Shown: positions 47,438 to 58,314, numbered from the stretch's first letter. The stretch is 64,000 nucleotides of DNA from an uncultured Acidobacteriaceae bacterium (GCA_963791975.1 CAWBUJ010000006.1:42815-106814), one strand, 5' to 3'. Notes: generated by a model not told the origin, from the sequence alone. Made by a program: numbers and translations.

Positions 47438-47728
47438 ATGACATCGCAACCGCGCGGTAACGTAATCATCGATCCCGAAGAATGTAAGGGCTGCGGCTTG
47501 TGCGTCGAGTCGTGCCCTCCCGAGTGCCTGTTCCTGGCGCCGGAACTGAGTAAGTACGGCGTCCATCCGGCGCAGTACAGCGGCCAGGACTGTACCGGAT
47601 GCGGGGCATGCTTCTATTGCTGCCCTGAGCCCGGAGCCATTGTCGTCTATCGCCTCATTCCCCCCGCGAGGGCGGTCAGCGGGGCGGTCGTGCAAAAGCA
47701 GGAGGTGGGCCATGAGGCAGCTCTGTAA
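47438..47728 (+). CDS. 4Fe-4S ferredoxin-type delta subunit of 2-oxoacid:ferredoxin oxidoreductase
   Basis: [12 protein letters not shown] and [12 protein letters not shown] motifs. AAGGAG SD. Confidence 0.8.
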   Translation: MTSQPRGNVIIDPEECKGCGLCVESCPPECLFLAPELSKYGVHPAQYSGQDCTGCGACFYCCPEPGAIVVYRLIPPARAVSGAVVQKQEVGHEAAL

Positions 47729-48764
47729 GGGGAATGTCGCCATCGTGAAAGGCGCGGTGCTGGCGGGTTGCAAAGCCTACTACGGATATCCCATCACCCC
47801 CGCCAGCGAGATCGCCGAATACGCCTCGCTCCTCATCCCCGAAGTGGGAGGTACTTTTTTGCAGGCGGAAAGCGAAGTGTCGGCCATCAACATGGTCTAT
47901 GGTGCGGCTTCAGCCGGCCTGCGCGTGATGAGTGCCTCTTCCGGCCCGGGTCTCAGCCTGATGCAGGAAGGCATGTCCTACATTGCGGGAGCCGAGCTGC
48001 CGTGCGTGATTGTTGACGTGGTGCGCGGCGGACCCGGCTTGGGCAACATCGCCCCCGAGCAGAGCGACTACTTCTGCATCGTGAAGGGCGGCGGCCATGG
48101 CTGCTATCGCAACATCGTGCTTGCGCCTTCGTCGGTACAGGAGATGTTCGACCTCACCGTGCTCGCCTTCGAACTGGCCGACCGTTATCGCAACCCCGCG
48201 GTCATCATGACTGACGGTTATGTAGGGCAGATGATGGAGCCGCTGGACATCAAGCTGCGCAACATCGAAGCGCCAGCCAAAGACTGGGCGGTGCGGGGGA
48301 CCGTGGAGACGAAGAAGAACCTGGTCTCCTCCATCTTCCTTGAGCCCGATGTTCTGGAGGCCCACGTCCAGAAGCTGGAAGCCAAGTATCAGCTGGCTCA
48401 GGAACTCGAGACCCGGTGCGAAGAATACCTGACCGAGGACGCTGACGTACTGCTGGTCGGCTTCGGCATCGTCTCGCGCGTGCTGCGCTCCACCGTGGAC
48501 CAGCTTCGCGCCCAGGGGATGAAAGCCGGCTTGTTCCGTCCGATTACCTTATGGCCGTTCCCGGCCCGCGAGCTGCGCGAGACCGCCAAACGCGTGAGGT
48601 CGGTCATGGTGGTCGAGCTCAACACCGGCATGATGGTGGAAGACGTGAAGCTGACGCTTAACGGCGTGCTACCGGTTGAGTTCTACGGACGCGCTGGGGG
48701 CAACGTTCCCATGGCGGAAGAAATTACCGCGCAGGTTTTTTCGCGCATGTCAGCCCTGGTGTAG
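47712..48764 (+). CDS. 2-oxoacid:ferredoxin oxidoreductase alpha subunit
   Basis: [28 protein letters not shown]... N-terminus is typical of the family. Confidence 0.85.
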   Translation: MRQLCKGNVAIVKGAVLAGCKAYYGYPITPASEIAEYASLLIPEVGGTFLQAESEVSAINMVYGAASAGLRVMSASSGPGLSLMQEGMSYIAGAELPCVIVDVVRGGPGLGNIAPEQSDYFCIVKGGGHGCYRNIVLAPSSVQEMFDLTVLAFELADRYRNPAVIMTDGYVGQMMEPLDIKLRNIEAPAKDWAVRGTVETKKNLVSSIFLEPDVLEAHVQKLEAKYQLAQELETRCEEYLTEDADVLLVGFGIVSRVLRSTVDQLRAQGMKAGLFRPITLWPFPARELRETAKRVRSVMVVELNTGMMVEDVKLTLNGVLPVEFYGRAGGNVPMAEEITAQVFSRMSALV

Positions 48765-48780
48765 AGGACGAGGAGGGATT

Positions 48781-50238
48781 GTGAACGGGTACGAAGTCAT
48801 CCATGAAAAATCGCCTGCGTTTTACGACCGGTTCGAGCGCAAGGGAGAATTGCAGCAGCAAACCCACTATTGCCCGGGTTGCGGGCACGGCGTCGTGCAC
48901 AAGCTGATCGCCGAAGCCCTCACCGAGCTTGGTCTGCAGGACCGCGCCATCCTGGTGAGCCCCGTGGGCTGCTCGGTCTTCGCCTATTACTACTTTGATG
49001 TGGGTAATGTGCAGGTGGCTCACGGTCGGGCCCCGGCCGCGGCCACGGCCCTCAAGCGGGCGCATCCCGAGTCCATCGTCATGTCGTACCAGGGCGACGG
49101 CGACCTGGCGGCCATCGGCACCGCGGAGATTATCCATGCCGCGAACCGCGGTGAGAACATCAGCGTGTTTTTCGTCAACAACTCTATTTACGGCATGACT
49201 GGAGGGCAGATGGCGCCCACTACCCTGGTGGGCCAGGTAAGCACTACCTCGCCCTGGGGGCGGCGTCCCAGCAACGAAGGACTGCCGCTGCATGTTGCCG
49301 AGCTGTTGGCTTCGCTGGAAACGCCCACCTACATCGAGCGCGTTGCGCTCAGCGACATGAAGAACATCATGAAGGCCAAAAAAGCGGTGAAGAAGGCGCT
49401 GGAGACCCAGAAGAACGGCGGCGGCTTCTCGCTGGTAGAAATTCTCTCGCCGTGCCCGACCATCCTGAAGATGGATCCCGTGGTCGCCCGCAAATGGGTG
49501 GGCGACGCGCTGGTCAAGGCATTCCCGCTGGGCGTGTTCCGCGACCGCAAGCCGGTGCTGCCGGAGAGTGCCAAGGTCCCGCACAAGACCATTGCCGAGG
49601 CCCTGGAGGTAGAGGAGGGTGCGCCGGAAACCACTGCGCCGCGCCGTCATCAACACACCCGCGATTTGAGACTGAAGATCGCCGGCTTCGGCGGCCAAGG
49701 CATCCTGCTGATGGGACAACTGCTGGCCGAGATGGGCCTGCGCGAGCACCTGGAAGTCAGTTGGCTGCCTTCGTACGGTCCCGAGATGCGCAGCGGTAGC
49801 GCCCACTGCCACGTCACGCTTTCCCACGACCGCATTGGCACGCCGCTCATTTCGCAGCCGGAAGTGCTGATTGCGATGAACGAGCCGTCACTGCGCAAGT
49901 TTGGCGCCAGTGTGGCTTCCGGAGGCCTCGTCCTGTACAACGGCACGAAACTGCCTGAGGACTTCACCGTGAGTCAGGCGCGCGTGGTGTTTGTGCCCGC
50001 GTCGGAGATTGCCGATCGGCTCGGTTCGGCCAAGGTCGCTAATGTGGTCATGCTCGGCGCGCTGCTGGAGGAAACCGAGTGCCTGCCTTACGAGTCCGCG
50101 ATTTCGGTGCTGGAAGCGAAGGTCAAGAACCACAAAATGCTGGAGCTCGACAAGCTGGCCATTTCCGCCGGACGTGGATACATTGATACCGAAGTCGAAG
50201 TCGGCGCTGTCTGCCAGCCAGACGGTTACTCCTACTAG
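48781..50238 (+). CDS. 2-oxoacid:ferredoxin oxidoreductase beta subunit fused to gamma subunit
   Basis: TPP-binding beta (YCPGCGHG..., GDGD...). Then a gamma-like domain starts near residue 300 (RLKIAGFGGQGILLMGQLLA...SYGPEMRSG). Confidence 0.8.
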   Translation: MNGYEVIHEKSPAFYDRFERKGELQQQTHYCPGCGHGVVHKLIAEALTELGLQDRAILVSPVGCSVFAYYYFDVGNVQVAHGRAPAAATALKRAHPESIVMSYQGDGDLAAIGTAEIIHAANRGENISVFFVNNSIYGMTGGQMAPTTLVGQVSTTSPWGRRPSNEGLPLHVAELLASLETPTYIERVALSDMKNIMKAKKAVKKALETQKNGGGFSLVEILSPCPTILKMDPVVARKWVGDALVKAFPLGVFRDRKPVLPESAKVPHKTIAEALEVEEGAPETTAPRRHQHTRDLRLKIAGFGGQGILLMGQLLAEMGLREHLEVSWLPSYGPEMRSGSAHCHVTLSHDRIGTPLISQPEVLIAMNEPSLRKFGASVASGGLVLYNGTKLPEDFTVSQARVVFVPASEIADRLGSAKVANVVMLGALLEETECLPYESAISVLEAKVKNHKMLELDKLAISAGRGYIDTEVEVGAVCQPDGYSY

Positions 50239-50254
50239 CGCCCAACCTCCTATA

Positions 50255-50297
50255 CGCCTGCCCGCGCAAACCAGCTTGGAGCGGCGGCGGGCAGGCG
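50255..50297 (+). terminator. Long hairpin CGCCTGCCCGC...GCGGGCAGGCG after the oxidoreductase operon
   Basis: Perfect 11-bp stem with a 21-nt loop. No clear U-tract. Confidence 0.4.
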
Positions 50298-50314
50298 GAT
50301 GGCTGCAGCAATCC

Positions 50315-50336
50315 GACTATCAACTGACTATCAACT
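50315..50336. repeat. Two exact tandem copies of GACTATCAACT (11-nt period)
   Basis: Read directly; intergenic. Confidence 0.75.
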
Positions 50337-50340
50337 AAGG

Positions 50341-51068
50341 TTACGCCGTCACTAGTACCGGCTCGCCGCGCGTAATGACCACAGTCTGCTCATAGTGGGC
50401 TGCCAGGCTTCGATCGGCGGTGGGGACCGTCCAGCGGTCCAGAACCGTCCGTCCGCCACCGGCCGCGATGATCGGCTCGATGGCGAGTACCAAACCCTCG
50501 GTCAGCCGGGCGCGATCGTTCAAGTCCAGATAGTTGGGCACGATACTCGTGGATGGTCCGTCCCACGCCGTGTCCGCAATACTCGCGCAAAACGCTGAAG
50601 CCGCTGCGCCGGACCTCGCGCTCGACCGCGCGGCCAATCTCGTAGACGCGAGATCCCGCACGAGCCACCCGCATGGCCTGGCGAAATGCGTTTTCGGCGC
50701 AACGCGCCAGAGCGTCGGCAGTCGCGGAGACCTCTCCCACTCGCGCCGTCACCGCAGCATCGGCGAAGAAGCCGTTCTTCTCCGCGGTCACATCCAGCTT
50801 GACCAGATCGCCATCCAGCAGAACGCGCTCGCCGGGGACGCCGTGCACCACTTCGTCGTTGACACTGATGCAAGCCGTGCCTGGGAACCCGTACACCTTC
50901 TTCGGCGCGGCCTTAGCCTGGTGCTGGGCCAACACCCGGGCGCAGACAGCATCGAGTTGCGCCGTGGTGACACCCGCTTGGACCGCGGCAGACATCGCCT
51001 TCAGTGCCAGCCGAACGATCGTGCCGCCAGCCGCAACTGCTCAAGTTCGTATTCCGATCGAATGGACA
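50341..51068 (-). pseudogene. map: Type I methionine aminopeptidase split into three frames (breaks near 51022-51027 and 50545-50551)
   Basis: MSIRSEYELEQLRLAA / TIVRLALKAMSAAVQAGVTTAQLD...ISVNDEVVHGVPG...GHGVGRTIHE / SIVPNYLDLNDRARLTEGLVLAIEP...HYEQTVVIT. The three pieces lie in different frames. Confidence 0.8.
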
Positions 51069-51851
51069 TGAGATCTCAGATACAAAACTCTACCCACAGG
51101 CAGCATGGCATAGCCGTGAGCGTTCCAGCCAGTGGAAACCAAAGGCCCAGAATTAGACATTCTAGAAGGCAGCGGCGGCTGTCTCACACGTCCGCGTGAT
51201 GTGGCTCACTGCGCCGACACCGCATCCGGCGTATTCATGAAGTATGCAATCCGATAAGAACGAAATCATTTGCCCTCTCTGTCACGGTCACGGCCGCGAG
51301 CGTAAAGAGCTTCTGGTGGTCCGTTGGCGCAGCCGTGAGTTCGAGCGGGAGCTGCAGAATGTCGCCGATGAAGCCGCATTCGGAGTCGCCGGCGGTTTGA
51401 GCAGCCCGTTCGAAAGACATGAGCCGGTTTACAGCAACGAGTCTGACTGATCGCTGCATGGAGTGAGAGGGGGCCATCGAAAGTTGCGCCCTCACTCACC
51501 CACGTCTCGCAGCAGCTTGCTCAGGGTAGGCTTGTGCTTCTCAGGCTTGGATTTCCGCTTCGGGCTTGCGGGCTCGGAGCGGGTGGGTGGAGGCGTGCCT
51601 ATCGCAGCGCGAGCAGCCGCTTTTACAGCCGACGCAGCGCGGAAGGGCTTCGGCTTGCGTCTCTTCGAAGGCATCGCTTTCCGGCTCTCCCAGTTCCTCC
51701 ATGTGAATTGTAACCGGCGACCTTGGCGATCGGTTACTGACTACGGGGCATCAGCGCCAAGGGATCGTGGCTGAGCGTATATACTGCGTGGGGCTTACCG
51801 CCCGGCTATGGCGCTCCCACGTCCCAACTTCCCGATGCTGCGCGAGGCGCC

Positions 51852-52481
51852 ATGCTCCGCATAGGATTGACGGGAGGCGTAGCCTGCGGCAAGTCAACCA
51901 TCGCCGCCATGCTGGTGAAGCAAGGCGCCCATTTCCTGCCGGCCGATGATCTGGCGCACCAGCTTTATGCGCCCGGAGCGATCACCTACGACGAAGTCGT
52001 TCGTCACTTCGGCCGCGAAATTCTAAACGAGGACGGCACCATCAATCGCGCCAAGCTGGCCAACATCGTCTTCCCCGGCCGTATCGCCGAATTGAACGCC
52101 ATCGTGCATCCCGAAGTTGTAAAGCGCCAAAATAGCTGGATGGTCGAGGTCGGGCGCCAGGATCCGAACGCCATCGCAGTGGTCGAGGCGGCGCTGCTGA
52201 TCGAAGCAGGCGCGCACAAAGACTTCGATAAAGTCATCGTGGTCACCTGCGATCCCCGGCGAAAGGTCGAGCACTTTGCACGACGCGCCAACGTATCAAC
52301 GGAGGCTGCCCAATTCGAGGTGGAACGAAGGAGCGCAGCGCAGTTGAACGATCAGGAAAAAGCGCGGTACGCCGACTACGTCATCGACAACTCCGGCTCG
52401 ATCGAAGAGACCGAGCGGCAAGTGGAGAAAATCTGGCAAGACTTGCTGCGCCAGGCCAGGGCTTCCCGTTGGCGCGTGTAG
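51852..52481 (+). CDS. coaE: Dephospho-CoA kinase
   Basis: MLRIGLTGGVACGKST P-loop, 209 aa. Confidence 0.88.
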   Translation: MLRIGLTGGVACGKSTIAAMLVKQGAHFLPADDLAHQLYAPGAITYDEVVRHFGREILNEDGTINRAKLANIVFPGRIAELNAIVHPEVVKRQNSWMVEVGRQDPNAIAVVEAALLIEAGAHKDFDKVIVVTCDPRRKVEHFARRANVSTEAAQFEVERRSAAQLNDQEKARYADYVIDNSGSIEETERQVEKIWQDLLRQARASRWRV

Positions 52482-52564
52482 CCTCTATTTCGGTACACTT
52501 CTAGCAGGTAATCGTCTAAGTCCTGTCTGACAACTCTACGTGGAGTACCAGTTTCCTATTTCTT

Positions 52565-53704
52565 ATGAGATTTCTACGGCCTTTCGCTCTCGGCGTTCTT
52601 CTTGCAGGAGCTTTCTACTGGTTCACGACCCACAACCATCGCATCGACCCGCCAAGTTGGATTGCGCACCCGACCCACGTGGAGTTGAGCGAAGCCGCAG
52701 GTCCCGAGAAGCTGGATCCCGAAGAGCAGAACAACATCGAGGTGTATCACAAAGTCATACCCTCGGTGGTCAATATCACGACCAAGACCATGGCCTACGA
52801 TTTCTTTTATGGTCCCATCCCTGAGGAAGGTCAGGGCTCCGGCTTTATCATCGACAAACAAGGGCACATCCTGACTAACTACCACGTAGTGGGGGATTCG
52901 ACCCAGGTCGAAGTCACACTACACAACAAGAAGACTTACAAGGCCACCGTCATCGGGCGAGATCGGGGACATGACCTTGCGGTAGTGCAAATCCAGGCTC
53001 CCGATCTGGTCCCCGCCGTGCTGGGCGACTCTTCCAACCTGCAGGTCGGCCAGAAGGTATTCGCCATCGGGAATCCTTTCGGACTTGCCGGTACCATGAC
53101 GCGAGGCATCATCAGCTCGCTGCGCCCCATCCGCAGTCCGGAAGGAGCGTACATCGAAGAGGCCATCCAGACCGACGCCGCTATTAATCCGGGCAATTCC
53201 GGCGGACCTCTGCTCAATTCGCACGGAGACGTGGTTGGCATCAACAGCATGATCGCCACCGGCGGCTCGAACCAGAGTGCAGGCATTGGCTTTGCGATTC
53301 CCATCAACACCGCCAAAGCAGTGCTCAACGACCTGATCACCCTGGGCACGGTACGGCGTCCTTCGCTGGGCATCGTATCGTTGCCGATAGGGCCGGAGCT
53401 AGCGCAGGAGATGGGGTTGCCCGCTGACTATGGCATCCTCATCATACGGACGGTGTCCGGAGGCGCCGCGGACCGTGCCGGCTTAAGGGGCGGCAATCAG
53501 CGCGCTTATTTGGGAGCTACTCCTATTATGATTGGAGGAGACCTCATCGTCGCGATCGACGGTGACTCGATCGGTGATCAGCAAGACCTGGCCAACGCCA
53601 TGAACAAGCATCGTTCCGGCGACACTGTGACCGTGACCATCTATCGCGGGCAGCGCAAGATGGATGTCAAGGTCGTTTTGGGCGAGGCGCACGAGCGCGC
53701 ATAG
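52565..53704 (+). CDS. HtrA/DegP-family serine protease with one PDZ domain
   Basis: N-terminal anchor. TNYHV, DLAVV and GNSGGPL catalytic triad context. C-terminal PDZ. Confidence 0.88.
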   Translation: MRFLRPFALGVLLAGAFYWFTTHNHRIDPPSWIAHPTHVELSEAAGPEKLDPEEQNNIEVYHKVIPSVVNITTKTMAYDFFYGPIPEEGQGSGFIIDKQGHILTNYHVVGDSTQVEVTLHNKKTYKATVIGRDRGHDLAVVQIQAPDLVPAVLGDSSNLQVGQKVFAIGNPFGLAGTMTRGIISSLRPIRSPEGAYIEEAIQTDAAINPGNSGGPLLNSHGDVVGINSMIATGGSNQSAGIGFAIPINTAKAVLNDLITLGTVRRPSLGIVSLPIGPELAQEMGLPADYGILIIRTVSGGAADRAGLRGGNQRAYLGATPIMIGGDLIVAIDGDSIGDQQDLANAMNKHRSGDTVTVTIYRGQRKMDVKVVLGEAHERA

Positions 53705-53801
53705 TTCTCCCCTAAAAGTTGCAGTAAGCTTTGCAGAGAGTCCGGTTGCATCTAAATCATTGCCCGACCCTACCGCCTCAGCTATAGTTTTAGTTCAGGC
53801 T

Positions 53802-54158
53802 ATGTACGACGATTTCCATGTCACCGACCGTTTGACGGGCAAGCGGCTCCATTGCCGCTATCAGGCGCTGATTGTGGCCATTGCCACCCGCCATGCCGAC
53901 GCGGTTGACATCAAGTTTCTGGTGGAGGACCGTCCCGTCTGGATTGCGCTTCCTCATCCCGCGTGGGTGGAATACAAGCAGCGGACCGGCCATGTCCTGA
54001 GCGATCCCATGGCAGTCCAGATCGCCGGCCATTACCTGAAGTGGGCCATCGAATCAGGCGAAGACAACGGCCGTGAGATGTACACCTTGACGGTGAAAGA
54101 AACCCTCGAGCATCTTCAGGCCGTTAAGGACGAAGCCCACCAATCTGCGGCTGTCTAA
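53802..54158 (+). CDS. Hypothetical protein
   Basis: 118-aa ORF from an internal ATG. No motif recognised. Confidence 0.4.
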   Translation: MYDDFHVTDRLTGKRLHCRYQALIVAIATRHADAVDIKFLVEDRPVWIALPHPAWVEYKQRTGHVLSDPMAVQIAGHYLKWAIESGEDNGREMYTLTVKETLEHLQAVKDEAHQSAAV

Positions 54159-54204
54159 GGTTCAGCCGCATGACCTTGCCGTAGTTTACTGCGCGAAGTT
54201 GTGG

Positions 54205-54237
54205 ATCGCTCCGCAGAGAGCGATTCCGTGTTTTTTT
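54205..54237 (+). terminator. Rho-independent terminator candidate
   Basis: Stem ATCGCTC/GAGCGAT (7 bp), 6-nt loop, then TCCGTG followed by a T7 run. Confidence 0.5.
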
Positions 54238-54288
54238 GCAGTCATCCGATTTTTTTGGGCCACTTTTATGGATGCAAGGAGCTCTTCT

Positions 54289-55878
54289 ATGTCCACCCTC
54301 TTACAAACTCCCGAAGTATCGCAATTGCTGTCCTCGAAAAAGGTACATCGCAACCTTTATCCCGCACCGCTAGTGGAAGCGTCGCTGCGGCGGGGCGAGT
54401 CCGAGCTGGCGGCGCGCGGCTCGCTGGTGGCGGCAACCGGCAAGCGCACCGGCCGTTCGCCGAAAGACAAGTTCACGGTTAAGGACGCTGTCACCGCGGA
54501 CAAAGTCGCGTGGGGGTCTGGCAACCAGCCGTTTCCGCCGGAAAAGTTCGACGCGCTTTATGAGCGGGTGCTCGACTACCTGAAGGACAAGGAGCTTTTT
54601 GTCCAGGACCTGTTCTGTGGCGCCGATCCGCAATACCAGCTCCCCATCCAGGTGATCAACGAATACGCCTGGCACAACCTGTTCGTGCGGCAACTGTTTA
54701 TTCGTCCCACTGCGGAGGAGCTGAAGAAACACAAATCCGAGTTCACCATCGTCAGCGCCCCCAGCTTCCGGGCCGACCCCCAGCGCGACGGCACCCGCTC
54801 CGAAGTGTTCGTGCTGGTCAACTTCACCAAGAAGCTGGTGCTCATCGGCGGCACGGAGTATGCCGGCGAAATGAAGAAGTCGATTTTTGGGGTGATGAAT
54901 TTTGTTTTGCCGCAGCGCAACGTCTTCCCCATGCACTGCTCGGCCAATATCGGGGCCGACGGTGTGACCGCGCTGTTCTTCGGGCTTTCCGGCACCGGCA
55001 AGACGACGCTGTCCGCCGATCCCACCCGCCGCCTCATTGGCGACGATGAGCATGGCTGGAGCGCTACCGGCGTCTTCAACTTCGAAGGTGGTTGCTACGC
55101 CAAGTGCATTCGTCTCTCGCAGGAGAACGAGCCGCAGATCTGGAACGCGCTGGGCTTTGGCTCGGTGCTGGAGAACGTGGTGCTCGATCCGGTGACACGC
55201 GTTCCCGACTACGACGACGACAGCAAGACCGAAAATACCCGCGCCGCCTATCCAGTCGAATTCATCGAAAATGCCGTCATTCCCGGCTTCGGTGGCCATC
55301 CCAAGAATGTGGTCTTCCTCACCGCAGATGCGTTTGGCGTGCTGCCTCCAGTCTCCAGGCTTACGCCGGAGCAGGCGATGTATCACTTCATGTCGGGATA
55401 CACTGCGAAGGTCGCAGGAACCGAAGCCGGCGTTACCGAACCGCAGGCGACCTTCTCTACCTGCTTTGGCGCGCCGTTCATGCCGCTACCCCCGAAGGTT
55501 TACGCGGAGATGCTGGGCAGCCGCCTGCGCGAACACCAGGCGCTGTGCTGGCTTGTCAATACCGGCTGGCAGGGCGGCCCGTACGGCGTCGGCAAGCGCA
55601 TGAGCCTGCCCTACACGCGCGCCATGGTCAACGCATTGGTCGAAGGCAAGCTGGCTGATGTGGAATTTGAAGTTGAACCCTCCTTCGGGTTGACCATTCC
55701 CAAGTCCTGTCCGGGCGTTCCGTCGGAGTTGCTGAATCCGCGCAATTCGTGGAAGGACAAGGCAGCCTACGACAAGATGGCCGCCGATTTGTCTGCCCGC
55801 TTCGCGAAGAACTTCGAAAAATTCGACGCTCCGCTCGAGGTGAAAAAAGCAGGACCAAAGGCAGTTGGGCCGAGGTAG
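54289..55878 (+). CDS. pckA: Phosphoenolpyruvate carboxykinase (ATP)
   Basis: [23 protein letters not shown] and GDDEHGW motifs. AAGGAG lies 8 nt upstream of ATG 54289. Confidence 0.92.
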   Translation: MSTLLQTPEVSQLLSSKKVHRNLYPAPLVEASLRRGESELAARGSLVAATGKRTGRSPKDKFTVKDAVTADKVAWGSGNQPFPPEKFDALYERVLDYLKDKELFVQDLFCGADPQYQLPIQVINEYAWHNLFVRQLFIRPTAEELKKHKSEFTIVSAPSFRADPQRDGTRSEVFVLVNFTKKLVLIGGTEYAGEMKKSIFGVMNFVLPQRNVFPMHCSANIGADGVTALFFGLSGTGKTTLSADPTRRLIGDDEHGWSATGVFNFEGGCYAKCIRLSQENEPQIWNALGFGSVLENVVLDPVTRVPDYDDDSKTENTRAAYPVEFIENAVIPGFGGHPKNVVFLTADAFGVLPPVSRLTPEQAMYHFMSGYTAKVAGTEAGVTEPQATFSTCFGAPFMPLPPKVYAEMLGSRLREHQALCWLVNTGWQGGPYGVGKRMSLPYTRAMVNALVEGKLADVEFEVEPSFGLTIPKSCPGVPSELLNPRNSWKDKAAYDKMAADLSARFAKNFEKFDAPLEVKKAGPKAVGPR

Positions 55879-55961
55879 GCGGGCGCCGGCGAAAGGCCGC
55901 ATCGCTGGTCACCAGTGTTGCTTATCGTAGGTCATATTTCTGGAGCAAGGGAAGCCGAATC

Positions 55962-56276
55962 CTACGGCGCCTTGACGTGCTGCTCGCCCAGGACCTTGCG
56001 TGATTTGTCGAACCAGACCACTTCGTACTGCGGTTGAAACACGGAATACCAGTAGCGGTAGACGTACTCTTCAGAGCAGCCGGTGGGGACCGGAGTAAGC
56101 GAGCCGCACGGCCCCTGGCTGGTGGGATCGCCAAGCAGCTCGCGCACCACTTCGCTCGGATCGCCGAGGGTGACCTGGAAGGCATTCTTGCTCAACTGCT
56201 CGTCGTGGTGGTAAGCCCACAGCGCAGCGCCCACCAAGCCAACAGCAATGGCGAAGAAGAAAACTCGGACCCCCAT
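55962..56276 (-). CDS. Small membrane-anchored hypothetical protein
   Basis: Internal start gives MGVRVFFFAIAVGLVGAALWAY..., 104 aa. Confidence 0.45.
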   Translation of the reverse strand: MGVRVFFFAIAVGLVGAALWAYHHDEQLSKNAFQVTLGDPSEVVRELLGDPTSQGPCGSLTPVPTGCSEEYVYRYWYSVFQPQYEVVWFDKSRKVLGEQHVKAP

Positions 56277-56657
56277 GGGTAACCAGCTTAGCGCCGATAG
56301 TCGCCGGCTGTCACAGCCGGCCGTGACCCGCTTCACTGACAACGGCGCGCAAATCGGTAAACTGGGGTCTTGAGGCGTAGTGTCTCTGCCGTCGGTAACG
56401 GACGGCGAGGGGTCCGAGAGGGCGCCGCGATCTTTCAAAGTAAGGGGAAGAGGGGAGGTTGTAGGACCTGATTGCGATAGAGAACTAGATTACTACAAAG
56501 GTAATACATCTTTCCTGCGGTTGCGCTCACGACCTCCTCAGTGCGTCTTATTGTTCCCGTAAGTCATTACGAATCAAATTTTTACGTGTAAACCATTGGG
56601 GCTCAAGTTTTTGCCGGGATTTTTTCGCTAAGTTGCTGATTTCAGATTGTGCGTAAA

Positions 56658-56666
56658 GGGGGGGGG
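56658..56666. repeat. G9 homopolymer tract in an A/T-rich spacer
   Basis: aaagggggggggag read directly. Confidence 0.9.
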
Positions 56667-57061
56667 AGTATTCAACTGGATAACAACGCGACCAAAATGA
56701 CGGCGACAACTGTGGACCGGATAATGTTATTCAGTCAGTAACTAGAGCGGGTCTTGGCCCGAACTGCTCACGCTGGGCACAAGGCAAATCGGTGAGATCG
56801 GATGACGCAGCCCGAAATAAAAACGGGAGACAACCTCCCCCAAAGTTGCCTCCCTATGCCAACTGTCAGTTTCGACGGTTGAGCAAGTCGTGGAGTACGT
56901 CTCCACGATAAACGTAGTCCAGCGCGCTGCGGTTCGGCTGGGTCACTACTCATCGAAAGGCGCCATACCGAACTGCTGCACAATAGATCTATCGGCGTCA
57001 CGCAGCGCATCGGTGCTGGCCGGAGGACGCAATTCGGGGTGGGTTCCCGGACCTGTACTCG

Positions 57062-57079
57062 CCTGTACCGCGGTACAGG
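57062..57079. promoter_or_regulatory. Perfect 18-bp palindrome CCTGTACCGCGGTACAGG
   Basis: Read directly. A direct-repeat copy of CCTGTAC lies 3 nt upstream of it. Confidence 0.5.
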
Positions 57080-57324
57080 TGCAGGAGAGTTACGAGCGGC
57101 GCTGCGTATGACCTCTACGGATGCGCTGCAAGTCGCACGCAGGGGACGCGGAACCCGGCGCAACTTGGGCCCGTTCCAGCCTGCCGCCCGGAGCGGGGAA
57201 GGATTGAGCTTCCCATGTGCCCGATTCCGGAGGTACAATCCCGCTTCAACCCGCGCAGGATGCTTCGGCATCGCGCGATTTCTTGCCGCATCTTGCGCGC
57301 GATTTTCGTACCCGTGAGGCGAAC

Positions 57325-58314
57325 ATGAAGGCACTAGCAAAATGCGCGCTCCTGACTTGTACACTAGTTTCTCTGTCGTTTCTGATGGGCTGTTCCCGTC
57401 ACGATACCTCCGAGCGATACATCCTGGTCACAGTGAACTCCAAGCTACCGTACTGGCAAACGGCGCGCGCGGGCCTGGAAAAAGCGGCCGCGCTATATGG
57501 GGTCAAGTCCGATGTCCGCGGACCAGACAGCTACGATCCTGACGCCGAAGTGCAAGAGTTTCGGAGCGCGGTTGCGCTCAAGCCGGCCGGCATTCTGGTC
57601 TCGGTTGCCGACGCCGCCAAGATGAAACCCGCGATCGACGAGGCGGTCAGCGCCGGCATCCCGGTCATCACTATCGACTCCGACGCGCCCGACAGCAAGC
57701 GGCTGTACTTCATTGGCACCAATAACCTCCAGGCCGGGCAGATCGGCGGCCAGCGCGTGGTGGACAAACTACACGGCAAGGGCAACGTTGTTTTCTACAC
57801 CATGCCACAGCCGAATCTGGAGCAGCGGCTTAAGGGCTACAAGGACGTGTTTGCCGACCATCCGGGCATCAAGATCGTCGAGGTGTTCAACATCAAGGGC
57901 GACTCCGGCAATGCTTTTGACCGCACCACGCACTATCTGGAGGACAAGAAAGCCGAAAGGATCGATGCTTTTATCTGCCTGGAAGCTTCGGCGGGAAAAG
58001 ATGTAGCTGAAGCCTTGCGCCGGCAGAACGCCACCGATCGCCTAGTGATGGCGATGGACGTGGACCAAGCCACGTTGGATTTGATCAAGAGTGGGACCAT
58101 CGATGCGACCATTTCGCAGAAGCCCTACACTATGGCCTATTTCGGATTGAAATGCCTTGACGACCTTCACCACTACCCAATTGATCTGAAAAAGGACTAT
58201 TCCTGGGATTCGTTCGCGCCGGTGCCCGCCTTCGTGGATACCGGCGTGTCCCTGGTAGACAAGCTAAACGTCGACGTTTATCTGAAGGCCCGCGGCGAGG
58301 CGCAGGGGAAATAG
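57325..58314 (+). CDS. Periplasmic sugar-binding lipoprotein (RbsB/PBP1 family) with no adjacent transporter genes
   Basis: Lipobox LSFLMGC. ...VITIDSDAP...GTNNLQAG... is PBP type I-like. Confidence 0.75.
   Translation: MKALAKCALLTCTLVSLSFLMGCSRHDTSERYILVTVNSKLPYWQTARAGLEKAAALYGVKSDVRGPDSYDPDAEVQEFRSAVALKPAGILVSVADAAKMKPAIDEAVSAGIPVITIDSDAPDSKRLYFIGTNNLQAGQIGGQRVVDKLHGKGNVVFYTMPQPNLEQRLKGYKDVFADHPGIKIVEVFNIKGDSGNAFDRTTHYLEDKKAERIDAFICLEASAGKDVAEALRRQNATDRLVMAMDVDQATLDLIKSGTIDATISQKPYTMAYFGLKCLDDLHHYPIDLKKDYSWDSFAPVPAFVDTGVSLVDKLNVDVYLKARGEAQGK

Noticed and set aside
56860-56890. tmRNA-like 5' motif (cagTTTCGACGGtt).
   Set aside because: There is no 5' GGGG / 3' CCACCA acceptor pairing. No T-arm (GGTTCGAATCC-like) lies ~350 nt away on either strand. 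No plausible tag ORF ending in AA-stop is present.
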